Source: an uncultured Gammaproteobacteria bacterium
Lineage (GTDB): Bacteria; Pseudomonadota; Gammaproteobacteria; Ga0077536
Length of the DNA: 62,848 bases
Reading direction: 5' to 3'
Assembly (NCBI GenBank): GCA_964642505.1
Contig: CAZXQY010000001.1
Span: forward strand, 1 to 62,848
Shown here: one piece after another, positions 8,955 through 17,869 of the stretch
Layout of the letters: each line of letters starts with the position of its first letter
Numbering within the stretch: the first letter of the stretch is position 1
The notes under the pieces: model-generated
What the model was told of the DNA's origin: nothing
Seen by the model: only the letters and a program-made list of their open reading frames with translations
The model's database searches: none
Program-made: the position numbers and the translations under genes

Positions 8955-10328
8955 ATGCGTAACAAACATATTCTAGTAATCGACGACGAACCAGGAATAA
9001 GAACGTTACTCAAAGAGATTTTAGAAGAGGAAGGGTATAAAGTATCTGTCGCTAAAGATGCCGAGAGCGCCAAGTTTAATCGACAAAAAGAGCGAGCCGA
9101 CATCACCCTACTTGATCTATGGCTTCCTGATGCTGACGGCTTATCTCTTCTAAAGGAATGGGCTGACGGCGCAGAGAACGAGAGTCCAATAATCGTCATG
9201 ACAGGACACGGGACTGCTGAAACAGCGATCGAAGCGTTGAAGTTGGGAGCCTATGACTTTATCGAGAAACCATTATCCACACCGAAAGTCTTAATTAGCA
9301 TCCAAAGAGCACTGGAAAACGCGAATTTGAATTTTGAAAACCTGAGGCTGAAAAAACTGGATCAAGACCTTAGCGGTTTCGTAGCTCGAAATGTTGCGAT
9401 GACTAAGCTAAAAGAAAATTGTCTAAAAGCATCCAACCATCGAGCCAACGTTCTTATTTCTGGAGAGTCAGGAGTAGGAAAAGAAACCACCGCCAGGTAT
9501 ATCCACCAGTCCGGTCTCTATAAAGACAAAAATTTTATTTTACTGAATCTAGCTGGACTGAACGGCGAGGAACAAGAAAGAAAGTTATTCGGATTTCACT
9601 CTCCAAATAAAGTCGGGTATGGAGCGTTAGAACTTGCACAAAAGGGCACTGTGTTTTTCAAAGACATCGCTAATCTGGATTATAATGTTCAGGCTAAACT
9701 GGTTCGGGTTCTGGAAAACAAGGTTTTCTTTCGAACATCAGGGCAGGAGGCTATTCCTCTAACCTCTCGAATAATAGCAAGCACAAAAAAAGGATTAATG
9801 GACTTAGTGTCCCAAGATAAATTCCGGGAAGACTTATACTACCAACTCAATGTTATTCCCTTAACGGTACCCTCCCTCAGACAAAGAAAAGAAGAAATAG
9901 ATGAGTTAGTAGACAATTTCGTCAGAGTACTGGCGGCTAAGGAAGGTTTGCCTTTAAGGCAATTCAGTAAAGCGGCCAAAACACGATTAAAACAATATCA
10001 TTGGCCTGGCAACCTTAGGGAACTTAAAAACTATGTGCAGCGATTATTGATACTTGGCTCAACGGGTCTAGTAGAAAAAACAGAAATAGATCACATTTTG
10101 ACGCCCAAGGAAAAACCGCAACCCGGATTAAATGACGAAATTTTTCGGTTGCCGCTAAAATTAGCCCGCCTTGAATTTGAAAAAACATACCTTCAGAAAC
10201 AGCTGAAGACCTTTGCTGGGAATGTGGCCCAAATGTCCGAACACATAGAAATTGAACGCACCCATTTATACCGTAAATTGCGAAGTTTGCATGTTGATAT
10301 AAAAGAATCCAAGAAAGGTCCCGATTAA
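8955..10328 (+). CDS. ntrX: NtrX-like response regulator (REC + degenerate AAA+ + Fis-type HTH)
   Basis: REC domain with LLDLWLPDADG (Asp54). Walker A GESGVGKE, FREDLYYQLNV, and C-terminal HTH GNVAQMSEHIEIERTHLYRKL. The GAFTGA loop is absent and Walker B reads FFKDI. Confidence 0.7.
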   Translation: MRNKHILVIDDEPGIRTLLKEILEEEGYKVSVAKDAESAKFNRQKERADITLLDLWLPDADGLSLLKEWADGAENESPIIVMTGHGTAETAIEALKLGAYDFIEKPLSTPKVLISIQRALENANLNFENLRLKKLDQDLSGFVARNVAMTKLKENCLKASNHRANVLISGESGVGKETTARYIHQSGLYKDKNFILLNLAGLNGEEQERKLFGFHSPNKVGYGALELAQKGTVFFKDIANLDYNVQAKLVRVLENKVFFRTSGQEAIPLTSRIIASTKKGLMDLVSQDKFREDLYYQLNVIPLTVPSLRQRKEEIDELVDNFVRVLAAKEGLPLRQFSKAAKTRLKQYHWPGNLRELKNYVQRLLILGSTGLVEKTEIDHILTPKEKPQPGLNDEIFRLPLKLARLEFEKTYLQKQLKTFAGNVAQMSEHIEIERTHLYRKLRSLHVDIKESKKGPD

Positions 10329-11701
10329 TGAAGATCCTAATATTAGGCGCCGGTCAAGTCGGTTCCTCTGTGGCCACCAATCTTTGCAACGAGGCCAATG
10401 ATATAACGGTAGTCGACAAGAACGCCGCTGCTTTGCATCATCTTCAAGATAGGTTAGATCTAAGAACAGTATTAGGACACGCGTCGTCTCCAGATATTTT
10501 AAATGAAGCTGGTGCAACGGATGCCAACATGATTATTGCCGTCACCAATAGCGACGAAACTAATATGGTCGCCTGCCAAGTAGCGTACACCCTATTCCAC
10601 ACCCCTTTAAAGATCGCCAGGATAAGAGAGAGTAGCTACCATAAGCATTCGGAATTATTTAAGACTGACTCAGTGCCCATAGACTTTTTAATCAGCCCAG
10701 AACAGGAAGTTACCGAATACACTCGCCGAATCATTGAATTTCCAGGAGCCATGCAGGTTTTAGATTTCGCTGAAGGGCGTGTTCAATTGGTTACGGCAAA
10801 AGCTTTTTATGGAGGTCCTTTAGTTGGTCACAGGCTAAAAGAATTGCCAGAACAACTGCCGGGGATCGAAACTCGAATTACTACCATTTTTCGCCGACAA
10901 GAGGCTATCGTTCCAACCGGTGAGACTGTTATTGAAGCTGGAGACGAGATTCTATTCATCGCTGCTCCCCACCATATCAAAGCGGTGATGAGCGAATTCC
11001 AGAAACTTGACCGACCCAATAGGAGAGTGATAATCGCAGGCGGCGGACAGATCGGGACAAAACTTGCCCAGGCCCTTAACAAAACCTATAGAGTCAAAGT
11101 CATTGAAAGCAATGAAAAGCGTGCTAAGCATGTGTCCGAAGAACTTAAAAATTGCTATGTCCTGCACGGAGACGCTACAGACGAAGAATTATTACTAGAA
11201 GAAAATATTGACGACACCGATGTTTTTTGCGCACTAACTAACGCTGATGAGGCTAATATTATTTCTTCCATGTTGGCGAAGCGCTTGGGAGCGAAAACGG
11301 TGATGACCTTGATAAATAGGGCGGCTTATGTTGATTTAGTTCAACAAGATTTGATTGACATCGCCATCTCTCCCCAACAGGCTACTATTGGGAGTGTTCT
11401 GGCCCACGTGCGTCGAGCTGATGTTGTTAAGGTCCACTCCCTGAGGGGAGGAGCTGCTGAGGCTATTGAAGCTATTGCACACGGTGACAGTAGGTCTAGC
11501 CAAGTGGTAGGAAAAAGAATCGAAGACATAAGACTACCCGCCGGCACAACTATCGGGGCGATAGCGCGGGGCACTGAAGTTATCATGGGTCACCACGACA
11601 CCGTCATTAAAGCAGAAGATCACATATTATTAGTAGTAACCGACAAACGGAAAGTACCAAATGTGGAAAAATTGTTTCAAGTACCATTAGAATACCTTTA
11701 A
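10328..11701 (+). CDS. trkA: Trk potassium uptake system protein TrkA
   Basis: 457 aa with two tandem RCK/NAD-binding halves (ILGAGQVG and IAGGGQIG). Its ATG overlaps the ntrX stop (TAATG). Confidence 0.95.
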   Translation: MKILILGAGQVGSSVATNLCNEANDITVVDKNAAALHHLQDRLDLRTVLGHASSPDILNEAGATDANMIIAVTNSDETNMVACQVAYTLFHTPLKIARIRESSYHKHSELFKTDSVPIDFLISPEQEVTEYTRRIIEFPGAMQVLDFAEGRVQLVTAKAFYGGPLVGHRLKELPEQLPGIETRITTIFRRQEAIVPTGETVIEAGDEILFIAAPHHIKAVMSEFQKLDRPNRRVIIAGGGQIGTKLAQALNKTYRVKVIESNEKRAKHVSEELKNCYVLHGDATDEELLLEENIDDTDVFCALTNADEANIISSMLAKRLGAKTVMTLINRAAYVDLVQQDLIDIAISPQQATIGSVLAHVRRADVVKVHSLRGGAAEAIEAIAHGDSRSSQVVGKRIEDIRLPAGTTIGAIARGTEVIMGHHDTVIKAEDHILLVVTDKRKVPNVEKLFQVPLEYL

Positions 11702-11719
11702 AAATTTTACAGAGCGCAA

Positions 11720-13174
11720 ATGTTTTGGAATAAAACCACGAGGAAAATTTTAGGCGCGTTCCTTACTGGCTTCAGCTTCTTTTTAATTTTCCCTCTAATC
11801 ATATCAATTCTTTTTGACGACAAGAATTCAGATATTTTCGTCTGGACCTCCTCTGTGACCTGCGTAGCCGGTTTGGCACTTTGGCTACCACTTCATAATC
11901 AGTCTCAAGAATTAAAAATTCGCGATGGCTTTCTCATAGTTGCGCTTTTTTGGATAGTCCTAAGTGTAATCGGCGCTATACCGTTTTTTCTTTGCGAGAA
12001 AATAGAACTTACTTGGGCTGATTCTATCTTTGAATCGTTTTCAGGACTGACTACGACTGGCGCTACAGTCATAACAGGTCTAGATCATCTCCCTCCATCT
12101 CTCTTGTTCTATAGACAAATGCTCCAGTGGCTCGGTGGAATGGGAATCATTGTCCTCGCTGTGGCAATTCTGCCAATTCTAGGAATAGGTGGAATGCAGT
12201 TATACAAGGCTGAAACTCCCGGCCCAATTAAAGACACAAAGCTGACACCAAGAATCAAAGAAACAGCAAAAGCATTGTGGTACATATACGTGAGCCTAAC
12301 CGTTTTATGCGCTGTTTCTTACTATTTCGCTGGGATGTCTGCCTTCGACGCTATAGGACATAGCTTCTCTACCATAGCAATTGGAGGATTCTCGACACAT
12401 GACGAAAGCATTGGTTTTTTTGACAGTCCTCTTATCGACAGTGTCGCTATTCTCTTCATGTTCTTAGCTGGCATTAACTTCAGCCTACACTTTCTCGCCT
12501 GGAGAGGAAACAAAATAGCTGCCTACTTTTTAGATTCTGAATTCCAAGCATACGCTGCGGTCTTGTTAACCGTATTTTTTCTTTGCGCGATTGTATTAAT
12601 TATGAACGATAGCTATTCATCAGTACTTGACTCTATCAGATATGGCTTGTTTCAAGCGGTTTCGATAGGGACCACAACAGGCTTCACGAACGCCACCTTT
12701 CATGTTTGGCCAACCTACCTCCCTACACTCTTAATACTAACCAGCTTTATAGGAGGATGTGCTGGATCCACCGGGGGAGGTATAAAGGTAATACGATGCA
12801 TGCTTCTTTTCAAACAAGGGGTACGAGAGATAAGACGACTAATTCATCCAAACGCGATAATTAATATAAGGATTGGTGATAGAGTAATACCCGACAAGAT
12901 CGTGGATAGCGTTTGGGGTTACTTCGCAGCATATATTTTGATTTTTGTTGTTATATTGCTAAGTTTAATGGCGACAGGGCTAGATCAGACTACGGCTATC
13001 TCTGCTGTCGCGGCCTGTATGAACAACCTTGGTCCTGGACTTGGAGCGGTACATCAACACTATGGAGAACTCACTGACAGTGCCAAATATTTGCTGTGTT
13101 TCGCTATGTTGATGGGAAGACTAGAGATTTTTACGCTGTTGGTTTTACTTTCACCGGCATTTTGGCGCGCCTAA
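11720..13174 (+). CDS. trkH: Trk system potassium transporter TrkH
   Basis: 484-aa polytopic membrane protein with repeated pore-loop motifs (SGLTTTG, IGGFS, IGTTTGF, GSTGGGIK). Follows trkA. Confidence 0.95.
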   Translation: MFWNKTTRKILGAFLTGFSFFLIFPLIISILFDDKNSDIFVWTSSVTCVAGLALWLPLHNQSQELKIRDGFLIVALFWIVLSVIGAIPFFLCEKIELTWADSIFESFSGLTTTGATVITGLDHLPPSLLFYRQMLQWLGGMGIIVLAVAILPILGIGGMQLYKAETPGPIKDTKLTPRIKETAKALWYIYVSLTVLCAVSYYFAGMSAFDAIGHSFSTIAIGGFSTHDESIGFFDSPLIDSVAILFMFLAGINFSLHFLAWRGNKIAAYFLDSEFQAYAAVLLTVFFLCAIVLIMNDSYSSVLDSIRYGLFQAVSIGTTTGFTNATFHVWPTYLPTLLILTSFIGGCAGSTGGGIKVIRCMLLFKQGVREIRRLIHPNAIINIRIGDRVIPDKIVDSVWGYFAAYILIFVVILLSLMATGLDQTTAISAVAACMNNLGPGLGAVHQHYGELTDSAKYLLCFAMLMGRLEIFTLLVLLSPAFWRA

Positions 13175-13175
13175 T

Positions 13176-13204
13176 CGGACGAATGATTTATTCGCATCCG
13201 TTTC
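13176..13204 (+). terminator. possible intrinsic terminator after trkH
   Basis: CGGA-CGAAT gattt ATTCG-ca-TCCG forms an imperfect 9-bp stem with a 2-nt bulge, followed by TTT. The stem and U-run are both weak. Confidence 0.3.
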
Positions 13205-13207
13205 CAC

Positions 13208-14200
13208 TCAATAAAAATCGTCGTTTAATTTTAAGGCGCCCGTGATTTGGGAAAGTTCCTCCAGAGCGTGGCGGTCCATGTACTCAATAATCCCCTTATT
13301 TATCTCTTTACAGAGTCCCGAATCATAGAATAACCCCGTTCCAATGCCAACTGCACTAGCCCCTGCTAGCAGGAATTCAAGGGCATCTGTGGCAGAGACT
13401 ATTCCCCCTTGTCCGATTATTGGAACGTCGAAGCGCTTCGACACCTCATAAACCTCATAAACACGTAAAAGTGCCATTGGCTTTATAGCCGGCCCGGAGA
13501 GCCCTCCTTGATTATTGCCCAAAACTGGTCTTCTGGACTCGACATCTATAGCCATAGCCGTAAAAGTATTTGATACGGAAAGCGCATCGGTTCCAGCCTC
13601 AATGCAGGCTTTGGCACTATCGGCAATGCTGGTCTGGTTAGGAGATAATTTTGTTATTAATGGCTTCGTTGTGGCTGCCCTACATGTTTCCACGACACTT
13701 GCCGACATTTTTAAATCGTTTCCGAAAGCTATTCCTCCATCTTTCACATTGGGGCAAGATATATTTATCTCTATTGCGTCGATGTCAGAATCTTCAAAAA
13801 TTTCTGTCACCGCCCCATATTCTTCTACAGTGGAACCAGATACGTTAGCAATATATTTAGTTTCTTCAAAATTAAGGTTCGGTAAAATATCTCTAACTAC
13901 CGCTAAAGCGCCTGGATTTTGCAAACCAATCGCGTTAATCATTCCGCTTGGTGTTTCATAAATCCTATGTGGCATATTTCCTAGCCTGGGCTCGAGAGTT
14001 GTGCCCTTCAAACAAACAGCGCCAACTTCCAGATTAGAAAAAACGTCGACCCTTGTGTATTCTTCTCCAAATCCAACACAGCCTGAGAGCAAAAATATGG
14101 GAGACCGAAGTTTTAGACCGCAGAATTTTAAGGACAAATCTTTTTTATCAAAACTCGACATTTCGTTAGTATCCTGAAAACCCCTTTTAGATTTAAACAC
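13208..14200 (-). CDS. pyrD: dihydroorotate dehydrogenase, class 1B-type catalytic subunit
   Basis: Strong resemblance to Bacillus PyrD (1B): NAIGLQNPG, INISCPNVKDGGIAFG (active-site Cys), GGLSGPAIKP, IIGQGGI. The true start is probably the internal Met MSSFDKK (about 14161). Confidence 0.85.
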   Translation of the reverse strand: MFKSKRGFQDTNEMSSFDKKDLSLKFCGLKLRSPIFLLSGCVGFGEEYTRVDVFSNLEVGAVCLKGTTLEPRLGNMPHRIYETPSGMINAIGLQNPGALAVVRDILPNLNFEETKYIANVSGSTVEEYGAVTEIFEDSDIDAIEINISCPNVKDGGIAFGNDLKMSASVVETCRAATTKPLITKLSPNQTSIADSAKACIEAGTDALSVSNTFTAMAIDVESRRPVLGNNQGGLSGPAIKPMALLRVYEVYEVSKRFDVPIIGQGGIVSATDALEFLLAGASAVGIGTGLFYDSGLCKEINKGIIEYMDRHALEELSQITGALKLNDDFY

Positions 14201-14207
14201 CTAAAAT

Positions 14208-14678
14208 ATGTTCAACATTGTACTGCACCGACCACAAATAGCTCCAAATACAGGCAATATTATACGACTATGCGCCAATACGGGGGCAAATCTACACTTG
14301 ATAGAGCCAATAGGTTTTAATTTAACCGACAAAAAGCTCAGAAGGGCCGGCCTAGATTATCACGACCTTAGCTTGGTGAAAACACATGACTCTCTCAAAT
14401 CTTGCCTTCAATCTCTCAAGAAAAATCAGGTTTTTGCCTTCTCAACCAAGGGCAAGACTAACGTGTTCCACGCGCATTTTATCAGAAATAGCTTACTAGT
14501 ATTTGGCTCCGAAACGGCCGGGCTACCACCAGGTTTCCTGAATAGTCTAGCTCCAGAACAGTCGTTGAAAATACCAATGGTCGAAAGCTCTCGTTGCCTA
14601 AACCTATCAAACGCGGTCGCCGTAGGTTTATTTGAAGCTTGGCGTCAAAACGGCCTAGAGGGATCGTTCAAAAACTAA
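14208..14678 (+). CDS. trmL: tRNA (cytidine/uridine-2'-O)-methyltransferase TrmL (SpoU family)
   Basis: 156 aa, the minimal SPOUT methyltransferase size. Motifs PQIAPNTGNIIRLCANTG, LVFGSETAGLP and LNLSNAVAV. Confidence 0.85.
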   Translation: MFNIVLHRPQIAPNTGNIIRLCANTGANLHLIEPIGFNLTDKKLRRAGLDYHDLSLVKTHDSLKSCLQSLKKNQVFAFSTKGKTNVFHAHFIRNSLLVFGSETAGLPPGFLNSLAPEQSLKIPMVESSRCLNLSNAVAVGLFEAWRQNGLEGSFKN

Positions 14679-14681
14679 TTG

Positions 14682-15698
14682 CTAGAAAATTTCAGGCTTT
14701 GGCCCTCTCGACAACAAGTGATCCAACGCCTCTTTAGGCGTTCTAATATTTTTCAAAACGGAAATGACCTCAGATATTACTGGAAAATTTTCAAAGTTTA
14801 TTTCGTCTAATTTATCTAAAGCACGCGCCGTATGATAACCTTCCACCAATCTCCCAGTACCCGATAAACGTTCGTCAAATTTACCCGCGGAGGCAAGGCT
14901 TAGTCCAAACTGCCTATTTCGAGACTTATCGTCCGAACAGGTCAAGATCAAGTCACCCAACCCGGATAAACCCATGAAAGTGCTTTTCTTAGCACCGCGA
15001 TTTTCCCCATAGTTAGCCATCTCCCCCAACCCCCGAACTACCAGCGCTGATCGAGCGCTACTACCCAATTCCAGTCCGTCCGCAATTCCGGCGGCTATAG
15101 CAATGATATTCTTCAGTGCTCCACCAATTTCAACCCCTGTTACGTCCGTAGTCGTGTAGAGCCTAAAAAACTTAGTGTGTAGATATTTTCTCAAAAAAGA
15201 CGAGAGTTCCTCACTCTCAGTTCCTACTGTGATGGCTGTGGGGGAACCCGCCATTACCTCTGACGCAAAGCTAGGTCCCGAAATTTGCGCAAAAGGTCGA
15301 TCCCCGAAAGATTCCGCGAATATTTCATGCGCTAAATGAAGAGATTCTTGCTCGATTCCCTTGCTAGCGCACACAATAAAATTAGAATAGACCCCCTCTT
15401 CGCTAACATGAAGCGCGGCTTCTCTTAAACTTTGAAACGGCGCCACAAAAACCACAGCATCAACCTCCAATCCCCGTAGGCTCCCAATTGGATAAACAGT
15501 ACGGGACAGATAAATGTCCGATCGGAATGTCGGATGAAATCTACGTTGCCGCATAACCGATACTAGCTCTGGATTTTTATCCCATAAATAGGAAACGCAT
15601 CCCCCTTTGGAAAAAACATTGGCAACGGCCGTCCCCCAAGCACCGGCGCCCACTACTAACACCGAGGGCGAACGACTTGTTTTTCTTTCTAATCCCAA
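14682..15698 (-). CDS. gpsA: NAD(P)H-dependent glycerol-3-phosphate dehydrogenase
   Basis: 338 aa with N-terminal Rossmann motif VVGAGAWGTAVA, plus GALKNIIAIAAGI and RNRQFG motifs. Confidence 0.93.
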   Translation of the reverse strand: MGLERKTSRSPSVLVVGAGAWGTAVANVFSKGGCVSYLWDKNPELVSVMRQRRFHPTFRSDIYLSRTVYPIGSLRGLEVDAVVFVAPFQSLREAALHVSEEGVYSNFIVCASKGIEQESLHLAHEIFAESFGDRPFAQISGPSFASEVMAGSPTAITVGTESEELSSFLRKYLHTKFFRLYTTTDVTGVEIGGALKNIIAIAAGIADGLELGSSARSALVVRGLGEMANYGENRGAKKSTFMGLSGLGDLILTCSDDKSRNRQFGLSLASAGKFDERLSGTGRLVEGYHTARALDKLDEINFENFPVISEVISVLKNIRTPKEALDHLLSRGPKPEIF

Positions 15699-15711
15699 TT
15701 GTTTAGCCCAG

Positions 15712-16131
15712 TTATTCTGATTCCCTCTCTAGGGGAAAACTCTCCTGTTGCCATGCGAGTATACCGCCCTTTATGGTTTGAGTTCTCTCAAAACCGAGTT
15801 GTTTCAGGGTTTTCAAGGCTTCTGAACTTTCTCCTCCATTCTGACAACAGAGTAGAATCGACTTGTCCTTATGTTTTTGCAAATCGGATATAGACTCCCG
15901 GATACGTCCCAGTGGTAAATTTAAAGCTCCAATTATATGACCTTTCTTGTAATCACCGTTCTTCCTGACATCGAGAACCAACGCGTTATTTTGGTTCATT
16001 AGATTTACTGCTTGAAAAGGAGTCACCCCTTCGAAGGATCTGAAAATGCTAATCGTGAGAGTCGTCGCAACCATTACAAACATGGTTACTAAAACCCAAT
16101 GATTCACCACGAATTCTGAAATTTGTTCCAT
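15712..16131 (-). CDS. membrane-anchored rhodanese-domain protein (YibN-like)
   Basis: 139 aa. N-terminal TM helix, then a rhodanese fold with active-site loop CCQNGGES. It is divergent from gpmI, as yibN is in E. coli. Confidence 0.8.
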   Translation of the reverse strand: MEQISEFVVNHWVLVTMFVMVATTLTISIFRSFEGVTPFQAVNLMNQNNALVLDVRKNGDYKKGHIIGALNLPLGRIRESISDLQKHKDKSILLCCQNGGESSEALKTLKQLGFERTQTIKGGILAWQQESFPLERESE

Positions 16132-16286
16132 GACCTACTAACCCAAATGCGTCGTTAAAAAATTGTGAGCCACATCTTATCGAAATAGTCGATTGTGGTA
16201 CACTGGTAGCTAACCAAACGGCATTCGGAATTGCCGGTACCTCCTATTCTTTAACGAGTATTATTAGTAACCTTTAATTTAGATAG

Positions 16287-17861
16287 ATGGGCAAACAAAA
16301 AAATCGGGTATTACTGGTGATTCTTGACGGGTGGGGTCATAGCAAGGATCGGCGCTTTAATGCCATATTATCGGCGAATACACCAAATTGGGACAAGTTC
16401 TTAAAGCAACATCCCAATTCCCAATTAAAATGTTCGGGCACCGAAGTAGGTCTACCAATTGACCAAATGGGCAATTCCGAAGTCGGACATATGCATATGG
16501 GTGCTGGCCGATTGATCCGACAAGATTTATCTAGAATAAATAAGTGTATTTCCGATAATAAGCTTCAATCCATCAACTGTCTCGTACAGGCATTCGATCT
16601 GCTAGCAAAAAAAGGATCGACCCTCCATCTCTTAGGCCTTTTATCTCCCGGTGGAGTTCACAGCCATATCGATCATCTAGAAAGTCTTATCGCGCTAGCC
16701 GAAGAGAAAAATGTCCGTCAAGTTTTGATCCACGGATTTTTAGATGGAAGAGATACCGCACCCAAATGCGCAGCAGACTCCATCACTCGTATAGAGACTT
16801 TGTGTAATAGATCAGAGAATGTCAAGATTGCGTCGATTGTCGGCCGCTATTACGCAATGGATAGGAATGGTAACTGGGATCGAACTAAACTAGCACATGA
16901 TTTAATTACTCAAAATAAAGCAATATACAAAGCGCCATCCGCTCTAGAAGGACTACTTGCGGGATATGCTAGAGGAGAAACGGATGAGTTTATTCAAGCC
17001 ACTAAAATCACTGGTGGAATTATAAACCCTAATGTCGAAAAGGAAGATATCGGCCTATTTACTAATTTCAGAGCAGATCGTGCGAGGCAACTAACGGCTA
17101 GCCTCGCCAATAAAAATTTCGAAGAATTCGCTCGTGACGAGGCCTGTGTTTTCAATAATTTCATTACCATGACAAACTATGGTGATAGTTTCGACCTTCC
17201 TTTACTTTTCCCTCAGCCAGATATACAAGAAACTCTCGGACAGATAATCTCAGATCACAAACTCTATCAAATTCGAATAGCGGAAACAGAGAAATATGCA
17301 CACGTGACCTTCTTTTTCAACGGCGGAAGAGAACAAGCCTTTCCCCGAGAAAAGCGAATACTAATACCTTCTCCCGATGTAGCCACTTATGATTTAAAGC
17401 CGGAAATGAGTGCTCTAGAAGTAACAGACGCGATATGCAAATCTCTCAGAGATGACAGTTGCGATGTAATAATAAGTAACTTCGCAAACGCAGATATGGT
17501 TGGACATACTGGCGTCTTTGATGCTGCCGTTCGAGCTGTTGAAACTCTTGATAATTGCCTAGGAACTATCGCGAAAACAGCTGCAAAATGCAATGTCCAA
17601 CTATTGATTACCGCAGACCACGGCAACGTAGAAAACATGTGTCATTCGAAAATTGGATCTTCGGAAGAGTATTCGCCACACACGGCGCACACTAACAATA
17701 CGGTGCCTTTGGTTTATCTCGGGCCACTCGAACGTAGAGTGGTCGACGGACATTTGAAAGATATAGCGCCCACGATACTAGAGTTACTAGGAATCGATCG
17801 CCCTCGCAGCATGACTGGAAATTCGCTATTCAGATATAGAAAACAATTAGAGGAAGTCTAG
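16287..17861 (+). CDS. gpmI: 2,3-bisphosphoglycerate-independent phosphoglycerate mutase
   Basis: 524 aa. Motifs LVILDGWG, MGNSEVGHMHMGAGR, SPGGVHSH, ADMVGHTG and TADHGN. Confidence 0.95.
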   Translation: MGKQKNRVLLVILDGWGHSKDRRFNAILSANTPNWDKFLKQHPNSQLKCSGTEVGLPIDQMGNSEVGHMHMGAGRLIRQDLSRINKCISDNKLQSINCLVQAFDLLAKKGSTLHLLGLLSPGGVHSHIDHLESLIALAEEKNVRQVLIHGFLDGRDTAPKCAADSITRIETLCNRSENVKIASIVGRYYAMDRNGNWDRTKLAHDLITQNKAIYKAPSALEGLLAGYARGETDEFIQATKITGGIINPNVEKEDIGLFTNFRADRARQLTASLANKNFEEFARDEACVFNNFITMTNYGDSFDLPLLFPQPDIQETLGQIISDHKLYQIRIAETEKYAHVTFFFNGGREQAFPREKRILIPSPDVATYDLKPEMSALEVTDAICKSLRDDSCDVIISNFANADMVGHTGVFDAAVRAVETLDNCLGTIAKTAAKCNVQLLITADHGNVENMCHSKIGSSEEYSPHTAHTNNTVPLVYLGPLERRVVDGHLKDIAPTILELLGIDRPRSMTGNSLFRYRKQLEEV

Positions 17862-17869
17862 AGCCAGGC

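Noticed and set aside
9273-9281. A perfect DnaA box, TTATCCACA.
   Set aside because: It is a single copy inside the ntrX coding sequence, with no cluster and no AT-rich unwinding element. One perfect 9-mer is roughly what chance predicts in a window of this size on two strands.
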